DNA from: Spirochaetia bacterium
GTDB taxonomy: Bacteria; Spirochaetota; Spirochaetia; SP-2023
Assembly (NCBI GenBank): GCA_965225855.1
Contig: CBDDCK010000005.1
Span: 1,856,001 to 1,920,000 of the forward strand
Length of the DNA stretch: 64,000 nucleotides
Direction of reading: 5' to 3'
Shown here piece by piece: positions 40,046 to 50,629 of the stretch (the first letter of the stretch is position 1; every line of letters begins with the position of its first letter). The notes under the pieces were generated by a model. It was not told the origin of the DNA and made no database searches. It worked only from the letters and a program-made list of their open reading frames with translations. The translations under genes were made by a program, and so were the position numbers.

Positions 40046-40811
40046 TTTACGCAATCCACAAAACAGCTTTGTTTTTGGCCTAAGCAATGGAAATGTTGGT
40101 TTTATGTTTGGGTTAGTCCAGAAATTGACCCTTGTTATTTCCAGTCGCTCCTATTAATTGGGCTTGGGGGATAATTATGAAAGTATTTTATAATTCGCCG
40201 AGCGCAATGGATTTTCGGCTTGAGAGCCGGCTTTTAACAAATACTTTTGATAATGAAGACCCTAATGGCGATAGAAATCTTTAATTTACGATAACTCAAA
40301 TACATTTTGGCGTAACAGGGACTTTGCATTTTTTATGCATTGGTCAATGGCCCAAGTATGATTCAAATGCAAGGTAATTTTGTAGTGGGCGGTGTTGCTC
40401 GACAGCGCAGTCTGTTTTTTATGGATTTTTACTTTTCTAGTGTTTTCATATAAAACCAAGAAAACCAAGGCGTTATTAAAAATAATTACTCTATATTGTA
40501 TTTTGGCCCTGGCCTTAAATTCGGCTTCACTATTCAACGCCGAGTCTGGCCGAAATTAATTTATTGAGACTATGCTTTTAGGTGTTCCGTTGGAGAATCT
40601 CAACAATATTTCCAATAGTCTAGGTTTCAATTTCAGATTTAATTTAGCTCTTCGTTTGACTCGTAAAGAATTATGGAGCCCAGAAATTATTAATCATCAA
40701 AAATTGAGCGTTTTAGTAGGAGAATATTGAAGAGTGTATAAATTATGTGTATGTAATGAAAGTAAATAAAAATTGTGTGTAAAAAATAACTTGATTTTTT
40801 GAATATTGCGC

Positions 40812-40839
40812 TTGACATAAAATGGATTTAGGCTATAGT
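40812..40839 (+). promoter_or_regulatory. rRNA promoter
   Basis: TTGACA-N16-TATAGT with AT-rich upstream DNA and a GC-rich discriminator. Confidence 0.75.
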
Positions 40840-41033
40840 AGCGCACACATCGCAGCTATCTATGAATATGGCATTGTTTATGTCGAAGAGCAGTGTATGC
40901 GAATGTTCATTGACAATAGAGAAGAGTAGGGAAGACATGACGCTTGTGTAGCAGTTTTATTCATTTGTTTATGTATGGGAAATGAGTGGCTGTAACAAGA
41001 TGGAACAAACTTGCTAGCTTCGGCTAGTGTTAT

Positions 41034-42601
<1,568 letters not shown>

Positions 42602-42679
42602 AAAGTGAAAGGGTCTCGTAAGAGAAAATAGAGCTTATAAGCTCAACAACAGTCATGTCTTCCTTAGTCTTTTTTATAT

Positions 42680-42713
42680 AAGAATCCCCAGCAATTTGTT
42701 GGGGATTTCTTTT
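42680..42713 (+). terminator. Terminator after the 16S gene
   Basis: AAGAATCCCCAGCA-loop-TGTTGGGGATTTCTTTT. Confidence 0.8.
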
Positions 42714-42760
42714 GTCTAGTTATATATTTAGAATCAAGATATTTTTTAAATGAATTGAAG

Positions 42761-43430
42761 GTGAAAGGTTATAAAATTGATAAATTATATTCATATATTA
42801 TTCGCAGTGATCAGGGTTTGCACCGAATCCATTTGGGCGTGTATGTACTTTGGCTTGCTGTAAACCCAAGATAAGAAAAGCAGTAGGCAATAACTGGGAT
42901 AAAGGACAGAATATTTGGATAGTAGGGCTGACACCTAAAAATGAAGGTAACCAGATGGTTTATATCATGAAAGTTGATGATTGTATGAGCTTTGCAGATT
43001 ATTATGATAAATATCCTAAAAAGAGACCTAAAAGAGCTAAGAAACACTGGGACGATCATAATAGATCGACATGTGGTGATAATATTTATAAACCAAATTC
43101 TCATAAGAAGCATGGATTTGAACAATTGCCATCATTTCATAGTAATATAAAATATGATAAAGATGGTAACGTCGTGCGAATTTCAGAAAATCAAGAAACT
43201 AAGAAACATGACTTGAATGGTAAATATGTGCTGATTTCAAGGAATTTTGTATACTTTGGTTGTGAAAGTATTGGGCTCAAACCTTACTTGAAAAAACAAC
43301 TTATTGTAACTAGAGGCCACAAGTGCAACTTCCCAGACAAAGTGATAAAGAAGTTAAGGAACAAGTTATTGACTACTATAGCGAAGATATTCAGAATCGC
43401 ACTATCATGGCTAACCCTTCATTATGGTAG
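42761..43430 (+). pseudogene. Nucleotide-modification-associated domain 2 (Nmad2)-like gene, frameshifted
   Basis: LYSYII..DQG, then a frameshift at 42815-42819, then FAPNPFG.VCTLACCKPKIRK; also GDNIY, D..G.YVLIS..F.YFG and RGH. A second shift near 43347 is possible. Confidence 0.75.
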
Positions 43431-43471
43431 TCAGTCCCTTCTGCTAATAATAGCCGAACCGAACCCTAAAA

Positions 43472-43563
43472 ATTAAGAGACCCTCTTAATAAGCATTAAG
43501 AGACCTTCTTAATATGCATTAAGAGACTCTATTAATGCCCATCAAGAGACCTTCTTAATAAAT
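43472..43563. repeat. 23-bp tandem array, 4 units, each a short palindrome
   Basis: ATTAAGAGACCCTCTTAATAAGC and variants at 43472, 43495, 43518 and 43541. Confidence 0.9.
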
Positions 43564-43767
43564 AAGCAGAAATTCTATTGCCAAGTATGGTGCGGTTTGA
43601 CAAAGTTTCTAGTTATTAGAAATAACACAAAGCCTTATTGAATAGAGTAATAAATTTTCTATAATCGTCTAATTTATTGATTTTCCAAAAGAGAAACTAA
43701 GTAGAAAACAGTAATTCCAATTCAATAATCATATAGCATATCTAAAATAGTGTAGATTAGCTTAATT

Positions 43768-44529
43768 TTATTTCCACCAGCATAAAGCCCAAAAATATGG
43801 GTTTAGAAGACTTTTATCTGTAGTTAATGATCTTTTATGGTTGTCGCACTGTGTTTGAGAAAGTGGTTCTTCAAATTTGCCCTCGGTAAATTGAAATGAA
43901 CGATTATCCCATGAATGATTGCAAGCCAACAAACCAGAGCCCTCTAATTTAGCTAAAGCTTCATAGAAGCACCAAAATTTCAAAAACAATTGCCGTGCTG
44001 CTCGCTCATCATATAAAAGCAAAGAGCGGAGTTGTTCCTGTTCACTCGCAGTAAAAAGCATTGTGGCAATACCTAAAATATCGCGTTTCTTTGTCATATC
44101 CTTTTCAATATCAAGCCCTAACTCAAAATCAAAGCTAAGGGCTAAAGCCACACAATTACCCGAATGAGATAAATTAAAATAAGGCAATCTGGCATTAGCA
44201 AAATTGGGGCCAGTAAGAAACGGTTTACCATATTGGTTGATATCGAGCTGCCAACGATTCATCGCAATTTCAGGATTGCACTGGCTCAAGCGATAGCGCA
44301 ACAGAAAACGCCCTGCTACAAAACACAAAGCATCAACCTTGCTGTGGAAGCTCTGGGCACGCTTACATTCCTCTGCTGCTAGGTAAGATACCCAAGAAAC
44401 TCCAAAAGAATCTTCAGAGTGAAAATACTTTAGTATATCGGTATAAGTTGCAAAGTATAATTCTATTAAATTGGCTGCCGCACCCAGAGTATGCGGTAAA
44501 GGCTGGTAGAACAATTCTAATGGAAGCAT
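43768..44529 (-). CDS. Sfp-type 4'-phosphopantetheinyl transferase
   Basis: YGKP, FNLSHSG, LGLDIE and F...W...EA..K..G.GL motifs; 253 aa monomeric type. Confidence 0.92.
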   Translation of the reverse strand: MLPLELFYQPLPHTLGAAANLIELYFATYTDILKYFHSEDSFGVSWVSYLAAEECKRAQSFHSKVDALCFVAGRFLLRYRLSQCNPEIAMNRWQLDINQYGKPFLTGPNFANARLPYFNLSHSGNCVALALSFDFELGLDIEKDMTKKRDILGIATMLFTASEQEQLRSLLLYDERAARQLFLKFWCFYEALAKLEGSGLLACNHSWDNRSFQFTEGKFEEPLSQTQCDNHKRSLTTDKSLLNPYFWALCWWK

Positions 44530-44549
44530 ACCTACAGACTTTATTTAGC

Positions 44550-44993
44550 TTAATTTTGTGAGTCTTGTGTAAAATCATAACCACAAATTTGGCTTACACG
44601 CGCAAAAGAGCAAGGTTTGCCGTTTTCTAAAGCTGCAATATAGACCTTTGCTTTTAAAACTAGCTGTTGTGCACGGTATAACTCTTGCTCACATATTAAG
44701 CGGAACAAACCTTTTTGCGCAAAAGTACTGTGAATGGTAAAAAGCTGTTGTGGCTTTAATGGTTGTAAATACTGTAACTGGATTTCGGCAACAACCAAGT
44801 GAATACCTTGCTGGCTAAGTTTGGGTACACTGAAATATTGCTTTATGGCAGAGTGGCGGGCATGTTCTAAATAATTTTGGTATACAGCATTATTGACCAC
44901 GCCTTGGTAATCACATTCGTAATCACGGACTTCCATTTCTAAAATATGCTTGATCTTGTCCCTTTTTTGCACCCTTTTTGTTTCTTTAACCAT
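44550..44993 (-). CDS. Acyl-CoA thioesterase (4HBT/YbgC hotdog family)
   Basis: VRDYECD.QGVVNNAVYQNYLEHAR motif. Confidence 0.92.
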   Translation of the reverse strand: MVKETKRVQKRDKIKHILEMEVRDYECDYQGVVNNAVYQNYLEHARHSAIKQYFSVPKLSQQGIHLVVAEIQLQYLQPLKPQQLFTIHSTFAQKGLFRLICEQELYRAQQLVLKAKVYIAALENGKPCSFARVSQICGYDFTQDSQN

Positions 44994-45138
44994 TCCCTAT
45001 ACCTTGGCATTATCCCATTCTTGAGCCAGTACCTTTCCCCACACAGCATAGTGTATACAGCTCTTGCAATTTGTGCAATATAACCTTTGCCTTCCACCTT
45101 TAGCCGTCTAAAGCCTGTAATTGACCAAAGTTTATCTT

Positions 45139-45368
45139 GTTACAAAAACCTCTTGTTATGGATTAAGAAACTCTGTTGTTATGGATTAAGAAACTCTGTT
45201 GTTATGGATTAAGAAACTCTGTTGTTATGGATTAAGAAACTCTTTTATTGGGTATTAAGAAACTCTGTTGTTAGGCATTAAGAAACTCTATTATTGAGCA
45301 TTAAGAAACTCTGTTGTTAGGCATTAAGAAACTCTATTATTGAGCATTAAGAGACTCTCTTAATTTTT
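45139..45368. repeat. 23-bp tandem array, 9 units plus 1 degenerate unit
   Basis: ATTAAGAAACTCT plus a variable 10 bp at 45162, 45185, 45208, 45231, 45254, 45277, 45300 and 45323. The last unit (45346, ATTAAGAGACTCTCTTAAT) matches the 43472 array. Confidence 0.95.
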
Positions 45369-45380
45369 ATGCCAAACAGC

Positions 45381-45420
45381 AAAAGCAGCCTTGATAATAA
45401 AATTTACCAAGGCTGCAATT
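45381..45420 (-). terminator. Terminator of the repeat lipoprotein gene; single copy of the 42-bp array hairpin
   Basis: Minus strand AATTGCAGCCTTGGTAAATTTTATTATCAAGGCTGCTTTT, near-identical to the last unit at 27643. Confidence 0.75.
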
Positions 45421-45463
45421 GGCCATAAGTAAAAGCCAACCAAGCATTGCTTACCGCATTTAC

Positions 45464-48400
45464 TTATGGGCTAAAATCACTGATGGTCAAGTCTTTCGGT
45501 GTATCTAAACCCGCCCAAGTACCAGTGCCAACGCTAAGCTTATCGTCTTGTTTACCAGGCGTATTCATATCAGGCTTGGCGTTAATAGCATTTTTATCGG
45601 CACCGGTAAGGTGAATCCAAATCTTTGTGCCATCGTTTTTAATGCGGTACTTATCTCTGATTATACCATAACCATTGGGCCCAGTGGGTTTGGCATCTGG
45701 AGTATAGGAATCTAAGGGTACGCCAGCTACCGTGATGGTTTGGATTTGGGCTTGGGTAGTACCATATAAGTTAGAACCTTGTAATTCTAAATAACCCAAG
45801 GCAGGTGTGTATTCACTTCTATCGCCTATTGCGGGTGGGTTACCACTAACGGCCAAGTCTTTAGGTGTATTTAAACCCGCCCAAGTACCAGTGCTAGTAA
45901 GCAACCCTTTTTTTAGACTATTGCTATCCATACCTGTCTTGCCATTCAGAGTAGTTTTATGTTGATCGGTAAGGTAAAGCCAAAGCGCTGTGCCATCGCT
46001 TTTCATACGGTACTTACCTTTTGCAAGACTGCTACTATCTGCCCCAGTGGCTGTGCCATCTGCAGTATAGGAACTTAAGGCTATGCCAGCTACCGTGATG
46101 GTTTGGATTTGCGCTTGGGTCGCCCTACCTAAGTGAGTACCTTGCAAGGTTAACAGCGCCGTGCCAACATGGTAGGTTGCACGGGTAATTGCGGGGTCGG
46201 GGTTACCACTAACGGCCAAGTCTTTGGCTGTATCTAAACCCGCCCAAGTACCAGAGCTAGTAAGCAACCCTTTTTTTAGACCATTGCTATCCATACCTGT
46301 CTTGCCATTCAGAGCAGCTTTATGTGGATCGGTAAGGTAAAGCCAAAGCGCTGTGCCAGCGCTATGCATGCGGTACTTACCTTTTGCAAGACCGCGACTA
46401 TCTGGCCCAGTGTCATCGTCATCTGCAGTATAGGAATCTAAAGCTACGCCATCTACCGTGATGGTTTGGATTTGCGCTTGGGTCGCACTACCTAAGAGAA
46501 TACCTTGTAAAGTTAACAGCGCCGTGCCAACATGGTAGCTTGCACTGGTAATTGCGGGGTTTCCACTAACGGTTAAGTCTTTGGCTGTATCTAAACCCGC
46601 CCAAGTACCAGTGCTAGTAAGCAACCCATCTTTTAGACCATTGCTATCCATACCTGTCTTGCCATTCAGAGTAGTTTTATGTCGATCGGTAAGGTAAAGC
46701 CAAATGGCTGTGCCATCGCTTTTAATACGGTACTTACCTTTTGCAAGACTGCTACTATCTGCCCCAGTGGCTGTGGCATCTGCAGTATAGGAATCTAAAG
46801 CTACGCCATCTACCACGATGGTTTGGATTTGCGCTTCTGTAGGACTTAAGTTAGAACCTTGTACAGTTAAGATAGCCGTGCCAACATGGTAGCTTGCACC
46901 GGTAATTGCGGGGTTACCACTAACGGTTAAGTCTTTGGCTGTATTTAAACCCGCCCAACTACCAGTGCCAACGCTAAGCAACCCGACTTTTCTACCATTG
47001 GTATCCATACCTGTCTTGCCATTCAGAGTAGTTTTATGTCGATCGGTAAGGTAAAGCCAAATGGCTGTGCCATCGCTTTTAATACGGTACTTACCTTTTG
47101 CAAGACTGCTACTATCTGCCCCAGTGGCTGTGGCATCTGCAGTATAGGAATCTAAAGCTACGCCATCTACCACGATAGTTTGGATTTGCGCTTCTGTAGG
47201 ACTTAAGTTAGAACCTTGTACAGTTAAGATAGCCGTGCCAACATGGTAGCTTGCACTGGTGATTTCGGGGTGTCCACTAACGGTTAAGTCTTTGGCTGTA
47301 TCTAAACCCGCCCAAGCACCAGTGCTAGTAAGCAACCCGACTTTTCTACCATTGGTATCCATACCTGTCTTGCCATTCAGAGTAGTTTTATGTTGATCGG
47401 TAAGGTAAAGCCAAATGGCTGTGCCATCGCTTTTAATACGGTACTTACCTTTTGCAAGACTGCTACTATCTGCCCCAGTGGCTGTGGTATCTGCAGTATA
47501 GGAACTTAAGGCTACACCATTTGTTCGGCTTCCTACCGTGATGGTTTGGATTTGCGCTTGGGTCGCACTACCTAAGTTAGAACCTTGTACAGTTAAGATA
47601 GCCGTGCCAACATGGTAGCTTGCACCGGTAATTTCGGGGTTTCCACTAACGGTTAAGTCTTTGGCTGTATTTAAACCCGCCCAACTACCAGTGCTAGTAA
47701 GCAACCCATCTTTTAGACCATTGGTATCCATACCTGTCTTGCCATTCAGAGTAGTTTTATGTCGATCGGTAAGGTAAAGCCAAATGGCTGTGCCATCGCT
47801 TTTAATACGGTACTTACCTTTTGCAAGACTGCTACTATCTGCCCCAGTGGCTGTGGTATCTGCAGTATAGGAACTTAAGGCTACACCATTTGTTCGGCTT
47901 CCTACCGTGATGGTTTGGATTTGCGCTTGGGTCGCACTACCTAAGTTAGAACCTTGTACAGTTAAGATAGCCGTGCCAACATGGTAGCTTGCACCGGTAA
48001 TTGCGGGGTCGGGGTTTCCACTAACGGTTAAGTCTTTGGCTGTATCTAAACCCGCCCAAGTACCAGTGCTAGTAAGCAACCCTTTTTTTAGACCATCGCT
48101 ACCCATACCGGGCTTGCCATTCAGAGTAGCTTTATGCTTGTCGGTAAGTTTCAGCCAAAGCTTTGTGCCATCGTTTGCAATACGGTACTTACCTTTTGCA
48201 AGATCGTTACTATTTACCCCAGTGGCATCGTCATCTGCAGTATAGGAACTGAAGGCTAGGCCAGCTACTACGATGGTTTGGATTTGCGCTTCTGTAGGAC
48301 TTAAGTCAGTACCTTGTACGGTTAACAGCGCCGTGCCAACATTGTAGATGGCGTTATTGATAGTCGGCTTAGACGGCCCAGAAGATCGATCATCGTCATC

Positions 48401-48475
48401 GGGTGGTGCGCAGGCCAAGGCCATAAAGGCCAGTAGCAATGCTAATGGCAATAAAAATAGTTTGTGCTTATACAT
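45464..48475 (-). CDS. Large surface lipoprotein with eight tandem ~120-aa beta-rich (Ig/IPT-like) repeats; putative adhesin
   Basis: GGAGG RBS before ATG 48475; lipobox ALAC. Repeats run P.IT.ASYHVGTA.LT.QG.NL...AQIQTI.V...KYR...DGT..WL.LTD..K..LNGK...WAGL.TAKDL.VSGN. Confidence 0.9.
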   Translation of the reverse strand: MYKHKLFLLPLALLLAFMALACAPPDDDDRSSGPSKPTINNAIYNVGTALLTVQGTDLSPTEAQIQTIVVAGLAFSSYTADDDATGVNSNDLAKGKYRIANDGTKLWLKLTDKHKATLNGKPGMGSDGLKKGLLTSTGTWAGLDTAKDLTVSGNPDPAITGASYHVGTAILTVQGSNLGSATQAQIQTITVGSRTNGVALSSYTADTTATGADSSSLAKGKYRIKSDGTAIWLYLTDRHKTTLNGKTGMDTNGLKDGLLTSTGSWAGLNTAKDLTVSGNPEITGASYHVGTAILTVQGSNLGSATQAQIQTITVGSRTNGVALSSYTADTTATGADSSSLAKGKYRIKSDGTAIWLYLTDQHKTTLNGKTGMDTNGRKVGLLTSTGAWAGLDTAKDLTVSGHPEITSASYHVGTAILTVQGSNLSPTEAQIQTIVVDGVALDSYTADATATGADSSSLAKGKYRIKSDGTAIWLYLTDRHKTTLNGKTGMDTNGRKVGLLSVGTGSWAGLNTAKDLTVSGNPAITGASYHVGTAILTVQGSNLSPTEAQIQTIVVDGVALDSYTADATATGADSSSLAKGKYRIKSDGTAIWLYLTDRHKTTLNGKTGMDSNGLKDGLLTSTGTWAGLDTAKDLTVSGNPAITSASYHVGTALLTLQGILLGSATQAQIQTITVDGVALDSYTADDDDTGPDSRGLAKGKYRMHSAGTALWLYLTDPHKAALNGKTGMDSNGLKKGLLTSSGTWAGLDTAKDLAVSGNPDPAITRATYHVGTALLTLQGTHLGRATQAQIQTITVAGIALSSYTADGTATGADSSSLAKGKYRMKSDGTALWLYLTDQHKTTLNGKTGMDSNSLKKGLLTSTGTWAGLNTPKDLAVSGNPPAIGDRSEYTPALGYLELQGSNLYGTTQAQIQTITVAGVPLDSYTPDAKPTGPNGYGIIRDKYRIKNDGTKIWIHLTGADKNAINAKPDMNTPGKQDDKLSVGTGTWAGLDTPKDLTISDFSP

Positions 48476-48689
48476 AAGCAATACCTCCAACAAGGGATAA
48501 AGATTAACCAACCCATACGGGCTAGTATATAGCGGTCCTATATTATTTTGTTGCTAGGGGGGTGTTGCGTCAAGGCCCATACAAGCTTTTTGTAAGCTTT
48601 TTTTATGTTTTTGTGTGTGTTGGCACTTTTTTTGTGTCTTAGTGTTGTAAGGTGGTTAAAATCCATGCCAATCAAAAGGCTTAAGGCTA

Positions 48690-48954
48690 TGCGATAGCAA
48701 GCACAACGCCAACCATGCCAACCATTGGGTGGTATGAATATATCCCAGTTGGGGTCATCGGTCCGCAATATATAGCCAGATATTGTGCAAGTCGTCTAAA
48801 ATGCCAGCATTGACGCTGTGGGCTAAGGTGAAAGCATCGGCATACTGGCCCTATTTGAGGTCGTCCCAGTTTTGGCTTTCCACGATGTTGTTGGGTTTTA
48901 GGAAGTCTATGGCCTGCTTATTTTTATGGTTTTTAGTGCCTTGCTATGATACAT
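48690..48954 (-). pseudogene. Phage Mu gpF / SPP1 gp7-like head morphogenesis gene remnant
   Basis: N-terminal piece QAIDFLK....ES..WDDLK*GQYADAFTLAHSVNAGILDDL (TAG at 48861-48863) joined out of frame to the C-terminal motif R.DDP.W....PPNGW(HGW)RCAC. Confidence 0.7.
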
Positions 48955-48966
48955 CTCTCCGCCTTC

Positions 48967-49127
48967 GATCAAGGCCTTGATCCAAGGCGGATCAATACCT
49001 TACTCCAATGCGGATCAAGGCCTTGATCGAAGGGGGAAAGCTATATTGCACCAATGCGGAACAAGACCTTGATCCAAGGCGGAACAATACTTTATACCAA
49101 TGCGGAAAGCTATATTGTAGCAAGACA
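48967..49127. repeat. 23-bp tandem array, 7 mosaic units with palindromic core GATCAAGGCCTTGATC
   Basis: Units at 48967, 48990, 49013, 49036, 49059, 49082 and 49105, most ending CAA(G/T)GCG. Confidence 0.85.
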
Positions 49128-49228
49128 GGCGATGACTTGTAGATTCTCATCGGCAAACCAATTGCCCAATTGCGTTTGTATGGCTATTTCGGCTTGTTGC
49201 TTTGGGGTGGTTGCTTTGGGTTTGTTGG

Positions 49229-49297
49229 AAAATCCCTAGGTTGCCAATCAAAAAAGCTAGTAAGGTTTTTAGTCAAAACCTTACTAGCTTTTTGAGA
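49229..49297 (-). repeat. Dispersed palindromic element (REP/MITE-like), copy C, inverted
   Basis: Reverse complement TCTCAAAAAGCTAGTAAGGTTTTGACTAAAAACCTTACTAGCTTTTTTGATTGGCAACCTAGGGATTTT aligns with copies A and B. Confidence 0.8.
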
Positions 49298-49528
49298 CTG
49301 TGGCCGTTACCATGATATTTTAAAAGCATATTGTTGCCGACAACCCATATGCCGAAAAACAAAAATTTTTTACCTTTTTATTTTGGAAAGTAAGCCAATT
49401 TGTACCTTCCATTTGTGCCAAAAAATCCCGAGTTATCGCGCCTTATCCCGTTCAGTTATCATGTCCCGTATCACGAGCATAGTAGTCGTATAGTTCCCTA
49501 AAGGATTATTTCTAAATCTTGGTAAATA

Positions 49529-50617
49529 TCAGGCTCTATTGCAAATCATTAGCGCTAGAAAAACGGGCACACCAATAACCGTAAGCACAAGACCGGCAGG
49601 AATTTGTAAAGGCGCTAAGGCTACCCGTCCCAAATAGTCGGCTATGGCCACTAAAAGAGCTCCGGTTAAACCGCTAACAATCATGTGCATACCAACCCCA
49701 CAGCGCACAAAACGGCGAGCCATGTGCGGTGCAATAAGGCCAACAAAGCCCAAAGGCCCTACAGTGCATACCGCAAATGCAGCTAGCGCCGATGATAGGA
49801 AAATTAAAGATAGCCGGACTTTGGACGCATTTAAGCCCAAGCTGATGGCAATTTCATGGCCAAAACGCATTGCACTAATACAACGATAGCCCCAGAATAA
49901 AAACGGTATAATGGCCAAAAATAATAGAGATAGCAATTGAACATCTTGCCAATTGGCCGAATGCATCGAGCCAGATAACCATACCAAAGCCGATTGAACT
50001 TTTTCAATTCGGCCATAAGTCATCATAACGCTAATCAATGCAGAGATTAGCGTTGTAATGCCAATACCAGTAAGTAAAAAACGCATGGTATTTTTATCGC
50101 TGTGCTTAAAACTAAGAAATTGAATAATAAAAGTTATCGTTGCTGCGCCTAAAAATGCTGCAATAGGCGCATAAAAAATACGAATATCAGAAAATACCAC
50201 AAACAAAGAAATTACCGCTAGACTAGCCCCCTGACTCACCCCAACTAACGATGGGTCTGCCAGGGGATTGCCTGTAATACTTTGTAAGATTAAGCCAGAA
50301 ATGCTTAGAAAAAAACCGACATAAATGGCAGTCAGTATCCTTGGAAAACGAAACTCCCAAATAACCGTATGGATAATAGCACTGGGGGGATCGCCAAGTA
50401 GAGTATTGATAATCTGCGATAGGGGAATTGGCAGGGTACCGGTGCCTAGATTGAAAGCAACAATGCCTAGTAAATTTAAAAAGATGACTATGGCTACGGC
50501 CCAGGCTTTAGTATTCCACTGGAACGACACAGCCCCGCCAAAAATACGAACAAAACGGCGAGAAACTATAGGTTGTTGCTTTCGAGATTTGGGAGATATA
50601 AGAAAGGAGTCCATCAT
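49529..50617 (-). CDS. Iron-siderophore ABC transporter permease (FecCD family)
   Basis: R.PR, Q..T.NPLADP..GV..GA and G..GFVGL.APH.AR motifs. Confidence 0.93.
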   Translation of the reverse strand: MMDSFLISPKSRKQQPIVSRRFVRIFGGAVSFQWNTKAWAVAIVIFLNLLGIVAFNLGTGTLPIPLSQIINTLLGDPPSAIIHTVIWEFRFPRILTAIYVGFFLSISGLILQSITGNPLADPSLVGVSQGASLAVISLFVVFSDIRIFYAPIAAFLGAATITFIIQFLSFKHSDKNTMRFLLTGIGITTLISALISVMMTYGRIEKVQSALVWLSGSMHSANWQDVQLLSLLFLAIIPFLFWGYRCISAMRFGHEIAISLGLNASKVRLSLIFLSSALAAFAVCTVGPLGFVGLIAPHMARRFVRCGVGMHMIVSGLTGALLVAIADYLGRVALAPLQIPAGLVLTVIGVPVFLALMICNRA

Positions 50618-50629
50618 TATCAGTCGTTG

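Noticed and set aside
45139..45368. Mini-CRISPR (13-bp repeat plus 10-bp spacer)
   Set aside because: The variable parts are related to each other, recur, and are far too short to be spacers.
45464..48475. Diversity-generating retroelement target/template pair
   Set aside because: No reverse transcriptase is visible, and differences between repeats are block-wise with indels rather than adenine-specific.
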